Origin: Candidatus Hermodarchaeota archaeon
GTDB taxonomy: Archaea; Asgardarchaeota; Lokiarchaeia; Sigyniarchaeales; SOKP01
Reading direction: 5' to 3'
Length of the DNA stretch: 64,000 nt
Assembly: GCA_048885925.1 (NCBI GenBank)
Contig: JBHLLG010000006.1
Span: 1 to 64,000 of the forward strand
Shown: positions 1 through 8,189 of the stretch, piece after piece
Layout: each line of letters starts with the position of its first letter
Numbering within the stretch: position 1 is the stretch's first letter
Notes under the pieces: generated by a model
What the model was told of the DNA's origin: nothing
Database searches by the model: none
The model's input: only the letters and a program-made list of their open reading frames with translations
Made by a program: the position numbers and the translations under genes

Positions 1-1257
1 ACTGAAGAATTAAAAAATGAACAATATGAAGATATTAAAAAAGAATTAAAAAATTTTACTAAAAAACTACGTGAATTTATTGAAAAGTTATGTGTTGCAA
101 TAATTCCTGTAAAAGAAATGCCTTGGGTCGATGTTGTATTTCAATCAGTTCCACGTATAATTTTTCACAAGAAACTTGAGTTATTAGATAATTCAATAGC
201 TTATTATGGTGAAATTAAGTGTCTTATTACAAGACCTACTCTTTTTGGAAAAATGAAAAATGAAAAACCATTATTTGCTCCGGTTATGGGTGCTATTGAT
301 TTAGGTGGTTATAAACTCGATGAGTCGCAAGCAGGTCCTAAGTCTCAAATCTTTTCCTATGTAAAAGCAATAATTAATTCACTGGATTCAACTATTACAA
401 AAAATCATTTAGCAAAGTATCATGAGGCATATCAAAGACATGGTGATCCAATCTGTGATTTTTTAATGAAAGATAATGAATTAATGAATTCAATGGAGAG
501 AATTACTTCAGGTTTAGAAACTAATAGGATTTTAACGGATATTGCTGTCTATAGCATAGCGATACCACAAACTACTGATAAAACTACTTTAATTCTAGTC
601 ACAGACGAAGGGAAAGATCCAAATAAATACTCTAGGTGTTTTGAAGCACTACTAAGATTTTCAGCTGAATGCTGTAATATTCCAACGCAACAACCTCCAA
701 CTAGTGCACAACCACAAGCTCAAGTACCAAGCTCATTAAGAACTCCTGGTGGTCAAGAACTCAAAACATGGACAGCTGAAGAATTGGCAGAAGAAGCACA
801 GAAAAGAATGACTTCTCAGTCAGACATACCCTCTTGGAGTGAAGAAGAACTATTAAAATTTGCCACAGAAAGAGGAACAGGCTTGCCAGATGGAATGGAA
901 GTTTGGACTGAAGAGGAATTAGAAGAATTAGCAAGAAAGAGACAAGGGGGATTAGATATTCCGGAATGGAAAGAAGATGATAGTTTAAAAGAGTGTGCGA
1001 AATGTGGGTACAGCTTACGACCCGGATGGAATAGGTGCCCCATTTGTGAAACTCCCGTCGGAGCTGAGCCTGAATCAAAACCTTCTGAAGAAGTTATCCC
1101 CGAATCTAGTGAAAAAAAGGAAGAAGAACAAACTGATGAAATAAAAGAAGAAATTTTAGATAAAATTGAAGAAGAAAAAGAAGAAATTTTAGATAAAGTT
1201 GAAGAAGAAAAAGAAGAAATTTTAGATAAAATTGAAGAAGAAAAAGAAGAAGAATAA
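1..1257 (+). CDS. Hypothetical protein, 5'-truncated at the window edge, with W-[TS]-x-EEL repeats, a zinc ribbon and an acidic repetitive tail
   Basis: The frame of ORF 118..1257 is open back to position 1. It contains WTAEEL/WSEEEL/WTEEEL repeats, a CAKC...CPIC zinc ribbon and a Glu-rich C-terminus. Confidence 0.8.
   Translation, partial: TEELKNEQYEDIKKELKNFTKKLREFIEKLCVAIIPVKEMPWVDVVFQSVPRIIFHKKLELLDNSIAYYGEIKCLITRPTLFGKMKNEKPLFAPVMGAIDLGGYKLDESQAGPKSQIFSYVKAIINSLDSTITKNHLAKYHEAYQRHGDPICDFLMKDNELMNSMERITSGLETNRILTDIAVYSIAIPQTTDKTTLILVTDEGKDPNKYSRCFEALLRFSAECCNIPTQQPPTSAQPQAQVPSSLRTPGGQELKTWTAEELAEEAQKRMTSQSDIPSWSEEELLKFATERGTGLPDGMEVWTEEELEELARKRQGGLDIPEWKEDDSLKECAKCGYSLRPGWNRCPICETPVGAEPESKPSEEVIPESSEKKEEEQTDEIKEEILDKIEEEKEEILDKVEEEKEEILDKIEEEKEEE
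1144..1251 (+). repeat. In-frame 33-nt tandem repeat (3 full units plus a partial), encoding KEEILDK[IV]EEE
   Basis: Units aaagaagaaattttagataaa[a/g]ttgaagaagaa at 1144-1176, 1177-1209 and 1210-1242. Confidence 0.95.
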
Positions 1258-1418
1258 TTATTAATCTAATTTTAGTATTAATTTATTGAGTTCTTTTATA
1301 AATAACTATCAGTTAATAGCTTTTATAAGTTAAACCAAAAACTTTAAATATAATATCAGCAAGATTCCAAACTTTTTTTAAGTTAATTTTATTTTCAAAC
1401 ATATAAGAATTAAGACTT

Positions 1419-2429
1419 TTGGAATTGTATTTGTTACACAACATCTTTTTATTCAAAGGAAATAAAATTCAGGATTTAGAGGATCTTAATGTATTTTACT
1501 ACCCTAATGAAATAATAAGTCTTAAAGATAAATTACTTATCAAAAAAATTATTGATGAACATGATATGAAAGATGTTATACAACAAATAACTTCTAATCA
1601 CTATCAGATTGATGAGCCTATTGCTCAATATATCAATGATTTAAACTTATACACTTCTTGTATTAATGAAAATATTATCATTGGTCTAATTTTTGATAAC
1701 AAAGATAATCCATATGACTATAAGGAAATTTTTAAAGAATTATTAAATGAACTTTTGAATAATGGTAATGGATATTCATTTGATGATGAAATAGAAGTTG
1801 ATAATTTATTAATATCTATGTTTATAGATATTCGACGGTTTGGTGACGAAGTAATTGAAAAACCTACTGAATTTGATTATTATTTTCAAAAAGAAGCGTT
1901 TTTTAAAATTTTCCTCTTCGGAATTGATGAAGTGGGAAAATCAAGTTTAGTAAGACGATTAAAAACTGGTGAATTCAATGATAATTACTTCACTCCAACT
2001 CGTAAATTTAATATTGAATATCTTCCGGTAGATGAAAAAGGATTATTAGCAATCTGGGATATGCCTGGACAGAGAAATTTTAGACCAAAATGGTTGATTG
2101 GGATTCAGGAATCTAATATTATTCTCTATATGATTGATATTGCGAATCAAAGAAGATTTGAGGAGTCAAGAAGTGAGTTTTGGAATGTACTAGATAAAGA
2201 TGAATTTAATGGAATTCCATTACTCGTTTTAGGAAATAAAAGCGATTTAGTTAAGTTCTCACAGGAAAATTTTAATGAACAACTTTTAAAATTAAAAGAA
2301 GAAATATCAGATTTTTATAATTTTATTAAATTAAAAAATCGAAAATGGAATTTCTTATTCACATCAGTAAAAACCAATTTTAATATTGACAATGTAATTC
2401 CAGCGATATTTGATTTGCTCTCTTCTTAA
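1419..2429 (+). CDS. Arf/Rab-like small GTPase with an N-terminal longin-like extension
   Basis: G1 GIDEVGKSS, G3 WDMPGQ, G4 NKSD, G5 TSVK. The ~155-aa N-terminal alpha/beta region is typical of Asgard GTPase fusions; the longin assignment is inferred. Confidence 0.85.
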   Translation: MELYLLHNIFLFKGNKIQDLEDLNVFYYPNEIISLKDKLLIKKIIDEHDMKDVIQQITSNHYQIDEPIAQYINDLNLYTSCINENIIIGLIFDNKDNPYDYKEIFKELLNELLNNGNGYSFDDEIEVDNLLISMFIDIRRFGDEVIEKPTEFDYYFQKEAFFKIFLFGIDEVGKSSLVRRLKTGEFNDNYFTPTRKFNIEYLPVDEKGLLAIWDMPGQRNFRPKWLIGIQESNIILYMIDIANQRRFEESRSEFWNVLDKDEFNGIPLLVLGNKSDLVKFSQENFNEQLLKLKEEISDFYNFIKLKNRKWNFLFTSVKTNFNIDNVIPAIFDLLSS

Positions 2430-2593
2430 TATGTAGTTTTAAATACATTACATAATAATAAAACTCTCAATCTTGGAAAATTATTAAGCTTTCATGCATT
2501 AAACATTAAATTTAAATATCTAGCCATTTAAATTTCTATTATATGAAATAAAAACTAATTATTTCTCTTTTTATAATTAATTAGGGATAAATA

Positions 2594-3187
2594 ATGTCTA
2601 AGAGACTTAAAAAAGAATTACAAGTAATGATCGATGAGAAACTAGGACAATTATTTTTTGGTGATAAAAAGAAAGATTTACGTTTACTAATGTTGAGACC
2701 TATAGATTTGATTGAATTCTCCGAGTTTGCAGGTACAAATGCTGATGACATATTAGCCTGGGTAGGAAAAACACTTGGGAGGAGTTATATGGATAAATTT
2801 TTCCATAATAAAGACTGGCTTCCAGAAACTATGGCTACAAAAAAAGAAGTCGTCTTTGGCAATCTTGAAGCTCTAGAACTCATGGGGTATGGAGAATTAA
2901 GATGTGTCTTTAAAAAAGATCATATCTTAATTGCAGTATCAGATCCTCTCGCATTTGAAGAAAAAGATAATATTATGGCAAAAAACTTATGTTTACTTTA
3001 TCAAGGTATTTTTACAGGTATGTTCGAAATGCTTCAAATTGATGTTACAGTAGAAGAAATTGAATGTACTTTATTAGGTAACGAGCGATGCGTATATAAA
3101 TTTGAGCTCATAGAAGAACAACTCGAAGATGCATTAGTGGATGAAGATTCAAGCGAAAATGTTGCTGCTTTTCTATCCGCCCTTTAA
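2594..3187 (+). CDS. V4R (4-vinyl reductase/Bet3-related fold) domain protein
   Basis: Motifs MGYG, C-x4-G-x3-G and EIECTLLGNERCVYKF are typical of V4R. AGGG SD-like sequence upstream. Confidence 0.8.
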   Translation: MSKRLKKELQVMIDEKLGQLFFGDKKKDLRLLMLRPIDLIEFSEFAGTNADDILAWVGKTLGRSYMDKFFHNKDWLPETMATKKEVVFGNLEALELMGYGELRCVFKKDHILIAVSDPLAFEEKDNIMAKNLCLLYQGIFTGMFEMLQIDVTVEEIECTLLGNERCVYKFELIEEQLEDALVDEDSSENVAAFLSAL

Positions 3188-3342
3188 GTCTTAATTTTTG
3201 TAACACTTTTTTGAATTATCAATATAAATTTAAAAAATTCTAAAATTTGGATATTATAAGTTCACTTTTTATTTTATCACAATTAAGATAGATTTTTATA
3301 TTCAATTTGATGATCTATAACTCAAATTCTATTTAAAGAAAA

Positions 3343-5046
3343 ATGAGGGTTGAAAACACTATGAAAAAAATTGACCTTAAAAAATTTTTATTTTTATTAT
3401 TTGCGATTTCTTTACTTTCTTTTGGAACCAACGTGAATTTAATTGATTTTAGAACTAAAACTATATTAACTGAGAAACCTAAAACTGCAGTAAGTTTAGG
3501 CTTAGCTGCATGGATAATAATAGCAGGAGACCGATCAGATCACGATAAACTGGCTTTAATAAGAAATGGATGTGATCAGGCTTATGAGGCATTAATAAAT
3601 CGAGGATTTAGCGCTACTGATATATACTATTTAGATCCTGCTTATTCAACAGCAGGAAATCCACAATCGATATATCGAGATACTGATACAACACATACAA
3701 ATATTCAGAACGCCATTACTACTTGGGCTGCTGGAAAAGTCGATTCAACTCATGGACTTGGAATTTACATGTTTGATCATGGGGGCAATGGACACATGTG
3801 TATTCCTGGAACTCCAGAACTTACTGATACTGACTTAAATACTTGGTTAAATACACTAGAAACTAGTACGGCTTGTAATAGAGTACTTATTATTTATGAA
3901 GCGTGTCATGCTGGATCATTTATCAATCCAGTTAGTAAAAGTAATCGTATTATTTTAACTGCAACAGATATTGATCATGGATCATATACGAATCCTGCTT
4001 TTGATTGGGCTACTTTCTCTGAAGGATTTTGGTCATCAATAATACAATGTAAAACAATCGGAAAAGCATTTGAAGATGCTGAAGCATATGTAGAATCTGT
4101 AGGCGATGGAGACATACAATTTCCATGGATAGATGATAACCATGATGAGCTTGGCCATGAAACAGATGCATTTGGGCATCTACCTAATGGTGGAGATGGG
4201 GATGATGCATTAGATTATTGGATAGGAACGGGGACTAATTGTCCCACAATATTTATAGCAGCTTGGACATTGAGAGTTTTCATTAATCTAAGTAGTTTTA
4301 TCATACCCACATGGACAATAATTGATACAAATACGCTTGTTGAGAGAGTATATGTAAGAGTTTTACCCCCCAATTGGACTCCAACAGAAATTATCCCTGA
4401 CCCTGAATCTCCTGAAGGAACAAAACTTGGAGCACATACGGGTTATCTACTTATTGAATTATTAGATCAAGATAGGGATGGAAATTATACAGGAAATCTA
4501 TATAATCCTAATCTTCCAGATTTCTGGACTAATGAAGGAGATTATAAAATTGATATACTTGCTGAAACACAAGAAGGAGTTATTGCAGAAGTTGAAACAA
4601 CATATATTACTGCAAATCAAAATGGAACTGCGCCTCCAGATACAACATCTCCAACAATATCTATAACAAATCCAAAGGTAAATGCGGGAATAAAGGGTAT
4701 TATTAATATTACAGCTGAAGGAGACGATGATCAGGCTCTTGATAAAATTCAGATTTATTTTGATGGTAATTTGATGAAAGAAGAAACAATGCCACCATAT
4801 TATCCATATCCAGAAGTAATTTACAGTTTAGATACAGCAGATCATAGTTTTGGGCTTCATAACATAACAGCCATTGCCATTGATAAAGCAAATAACAGCC
4901 AAGAAACTTCAATATTAGTTACTATTGAAAGAGATCAAATCCCTGGCTTTCATATTACTTATATTTTTGCTGGCACATTTCTTGGAGTTATTATAATAGT
5001 TACATTATACATTAAACAGAAGTTATTAAGAAGAAATATAATTTAG
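3343..5046 (+). CDS. Secreted, membrane-anchored clan CD (C13 legumain/caspase-like) peptidase with an Ig-like domain and C-terminal IPGF-TM anchor
   Basis: Signal-like N-terminus, catalytic dyad motifs FDHGG and YEACHAGSF, Ig-like DTTSPTISITNP...AIDKANN, then QIPGF + TM helix + basic tail. Confidence 0.8.
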   Translation: MRVENTMKKIDLKKFLFLLFAISLLSFGTNVNLIDFRTKTILTEKPKTAVSLGLAAWIIIAGDRSDHDKLALIRNGCDQAYEALINRGFSATDIYYLDPAYSTAGNPQSIYRDTDTTHTNIQNAITTWAAGKVDSTHGLGIYMFDHGGNGHMCIPGTPELTDTDLNTWLNTLETSTACNRVLIIYEACHAGSFINPVSKSNRIILTATDIDHGSYTNPAFDWATFSEGFWSSIIQCKTIGKAFEDAEAYVESVGDGDIQFPWIDDNHDELGHETDAFGHLPNGGDGDDALDYWIGTGTNCPTIFIAAWTLRVFINLSSFIIPTWTIIDTNTLVERVYVRVLPPNWTPTEIIPDPESPEGTKLGAHTGYLLIELLDQDRDGNYTGNLYNPNLPDFWTNEGDYKIDILAETQEGVIAEVETTYITANQNGTAPPDTTSPTISITNPKVNAGIKGIINITAEGDDDQALDKIQIYFDGNLMKEETMPPYYPYPEVIYSLDTADHSFGLHNITAIAIDKANNSQETSILVTIERDQIPGFHITYIFAGTFLGVIIIVTLYIKQKLLRRNII

Positions 5047-5139
5047 AACTAACTTTTTTTTATCATTTATTTTATTGAAGTATTTTAAATAATATATGAA
5101 GCTATACAAATACAAACTTAGTTGAAAAAATTATTTAAT

Positions 5140-5159
5140 AAGTGTGAAGTTTCACACTT
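5140..5159. promoter_or_regulatory. Perfect 9-2-9 palindrome AAGTGTGAA-GT-TTCACACTT upstream of cdhA; candidate operator
   Basis: Exact inverted repeat about 180 bp upstream of the cdhA start, in an AT-rich intergenic region. Confidence 0.55.
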
Positions 5160-5338
5160 TTCTTGTTTAATCTACATTCCATTTTAAGTTTTTGAATATA
5201 AACATTAACTTTTAAATTTTCCAAAATCTCTTATTTGTAGAAATAAATCTCTAAAATAAATTTAAAATATGTTCAAAGATAAAAATACATATTATTCTAT
5301 TTTAATTTAAAAAAACAAAATATTGATGTGATAAACCT

Positions 5339-7718
5339 TTGGAACAAAAAGGGGCAAAAATAAAAATTGATGAGTATAAAGGACCTCTCGGTACCATTAA
5401 AGGATTCGAATTAACCACTGGTAAGATTGCTTACGGAGATGAAACAGAATGGGAACCTATGGGTCCACATCCAATGCCTCATATTCCTACATTAAGAGAT
5501 TGGTTTTTTAAGCTAATGGATAGATACAAGCCCACATATATGCCGATATATATGCACAATTGATCAGTGCATATACGGTAATTGCGATATGTGTTGCTTG
5601 TGTACCTATGGTAAATGTAATCTCTCAAAGGGAAGAACAGGGGCTTGTGGAATTAATATGGAGACACAAAATGCTCGTATAGTCGAGATTGCTTGTTGTA
5701 TAGGTGCTGCTTGTCATTCTGCGCATGGTGATCATCTCTTACATTGGCTTAAAGAGAAATATGGCAATGTTCCACTCAATTTCGGTAACAATATTGCTGT
5801 AGAAATGCCGTTAACTCGTCTAATTGTTGGAATGAAACCTGAAACATTGGAAGATTTAGAAACTGCAATGGATTGGGTGCATTACAATATAACCCAACTG
5901 TTAGCGGCGGGGCATACAGGACAAGAATCAAGTCATTTAGATTATGAATCAAAAAGCTTTTTAGCAGGATTATGCGATGCAGTAGGAATGGAAGTATCAG
6001 ATGCAGTACAAATTGCAGCTTATGGAATGCCAGTAGGTGATCCTAATGCGCCAATAGTCGAGTTAGGAATGGGTACCTTAAACCCGGAAAAAGCAAAAGT
6101 TTTAATGATCGGACATAATGTCGCTCCTGGAGTAGAATTAGTAGATTATATTCGCGAAAAGGGTTTAGATAATGAAGTTGATGTTGGAGCGATTTGTTGT
6201 ACAGCTCACGATTTAACAAGGTATTATGATGGAGCAAAAATAATCGGATCTTATTCAAGACAATTACATTATATCCGTTCTGGTTTAGCTGATGTTGTAA
6301 TGGTTGATGAGCAGTGTGTTGTCTTACAAACATATGAGGAGGCTAAAAAGGTAGGAGCACCATATATTACGACAAATGAAAAAATTATGGGTGGATTACC
6401 TGATAGAACAGGAGATCCTGTTAAGGAAATCGTTGATGATTTAGTAAGTGGTAAATTAGATGGTGTATTAATTTTAGATCCAATAAAAGCAGGCGCAGTT
6501 GCAGCTGAAACCGCTGTAAAGATTAAACCTATCAGAAATGCAAAAAGTGGTGTTCCAGACGAACAAGGATGTATTGCTATGGCAATGAATTGTAATGGAT
6601 GTGGAAACTGTCAAAGAAATTGTCCTAATGATTTACCTCTTGTAGAAGGTGTAAATTTAGCAAAGGATGGTGATTTTTCTTTACTAGCAAGTGTTTTTGA
6701 TGAATGTTTAGGATGTGGAAGATGTGAAAAAGATTGCATGAAGAATGTATCTCCCTTAACTTTAATAATGCATGCATCAAGAGAATACATCAGAACTGAG
6801 AAATATAATTGCAGATCTGGACGTGGACCAATTCAAGATACAGAAATTCGAAACGTAGGAGCTCCAATTGTCTTAGGTGAAATTCCTGGAATAGTTGCGA
6901 TTATAGGATGTTCAAATTATGCTCACGATATTCGAGAATTATATACTATGGCAGAGGAATTTCTTAGAAGAAACTATATAGTGGTAGTTAGTGGTTGTGG
7001 TGCTATGGATATTGGCCTTGTTAAGGATGAAGACGGTAAAACTCTATATGAGAAATATTCTGGTGATTTTGATCGGGGATGTTTAGTTAATGTTGGAAGT
7101 TGTGTAGCTAATGCTTGGATCACAGGTGCAGCTTGTAAAGTTGCAAATATATTTGCCAGAAGACCTTTACGTGGTAATTTTGAAGAAATTGCAGATTATA
7201 TTTTAAATAGAGTTGGTGCTGTTGGTGTTGCTTGGGGTGCATATTCTCAAAAAGCAGCTAGTATTGCCAGTATGGCTAATGGATTAGGTGTTCCCGCTGT
7301 AATTGGACCACATGGTGCAGAATATCGACGTATGTATCTTGGCAAATCATATGATGATGAATCTTGGAAAGTGTTTAATGCTCGTGATGGAACTTCGGGT
7401 CATCTAGTTGGACCTGGACCTGAACATCTTTTAACTCCAGCTGAAAGTATTGAACAGGCTATTTGTTTAGTTGCGAAATTAGCATTAAGACCTGCTGATA
7501 ATAGTAAAGGAAGAATGATAAAATTGTCTCATTGGATCGATTTAGAACGTAAATATAAGGGCGTTAAATTTCCGAATGACTTAGAAAAATTCATACGCCT
7601 TGAAGCAGATATTCCAATTAATATGAAAGATGAGATCCAAGAATATCTGAAAGAAAAAGACTGGCAACCAAAAGAGATAATAGATCCAACCCTTTTAAAA
7701 AGATTGTGTCGAACTTAG
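5339..7718 (+). CDS. cdhA: Acetyl-CoA decarbonylase/synthase complex alpha subunit (Ni-CO dehydrogenase), join(5339..5547,5582..7718), 781 aa after removal of a 34-nt intron
   Basis: ORF 5339..5563 carries the CdhA N-terminus (EWEPMGPHPMP...LRDW...RYKPTYMPI). ORF 5589..7718 continues CDMCCLCTYGKC...GACGI, GHN, ICCT, two CxxCxxCxxxC ferredoxin motifs, SGCG, GSCV. The two ORFs are out of frame by a 34-nt insert. Confidence 0.92.
5548..5581 (+). other. Candidate archaeal BHB/BHL (tRNA-endonuclease-type) intron in cdhA mRNA, 34 nt
   Basis: A 4-bp helix GCCG(5542-45)/CGGU(5576-79), a 3-nt bulge AUA(5546-48), a 9-bp stem UAUAUGCAC(5549-57)/GUGCAUAUA(5567-75) and an exon-exon helix CACAUAU(5533-39)/AUAUGUG(5587-93). 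Cutting after the 2nd nt of each bulge gives CCG ATT TGC GAT ATG (P-I-C-D-M). Confidence 0.8.
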
Positions 7719-7901
7719 TTTATTATAATTCTTTTATTTTCTTTTTTTATATCTTCGTATTTAATAATCAGAAATTTAAAATTTGTGAAGATTTTTAATA
7801 TATATTATATCAACCATTCTTTTACTTGTACCAAAGAAGTAACTTTAATGTAATGAATAATTTAATTATTATCTATTATTATATTAAAAATGTGAAATAA
7901 G

Positions 7902-8120
7902 ATGGACAAACAAGATAAAGACCTATTAAAATTATCAAAATTATGCGTCCATTGGGCTGATCATAATGATTCCCATAAAGAGAATTTTTTAAAATGGCGA
8001 AATATAGCTGAAGAAAAAGGAATAGAAACAGTTGTTATGAATTTAGACAAAGCTATTGAGATGTTGGATAAATGTAATGAATTTTTATTAAGGGCGAATA
8101 AAGAACTGGAATCATTATAA
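7902..8120 (+). CDS. Small helical His-motif protein (HWxxHNxxH), putative metal (Ni/Co)-binding
   Basis: LCVHWADHNDSHKENFLKW. GTGA SD-like sequence upstream. Lies directly downstream of cdhA. Confidence 0.7.
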   Translation: MDKQDKDLLKLSKLCVHWADHNDSHKENFLKWRNIAEEKGIETVVMNLDKAIEMLDKCNEFLLRANKELESL

Positions 8121-8189
8121 ATATTAAAATATTGATTGTTCTTTAAGAATAAATTTTGAAATTTCGGATAGTTTGTTTAGAACAATAAA

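Noticed and set aside
1144-1251. 33-nt repeats as a CRISPR array
   Set aside because: The repeats are contiguous with no spacers, lie in frame within a CDS, and no cas genes are present.
5561-5563. In-frame TGA in cdhA as a selenocysteine codon (Lokiarchaeia use Sec)
   Set aside because: Read-through stays in the wrong frame and hits TAA at 5579-81. The TGA does not align to a conserved Cys and lies in the loop of the insert.
5339-7718. cdhA as a simple frameshifted pseudogene or two separate genes
   Set aside because: Both parts are otherwise intact with all catalytic motifs. The disruption is a discrete, structured 34-nt insert whose rule-based excision restores the consensus exactly. This is not fully excluded without RNA data.
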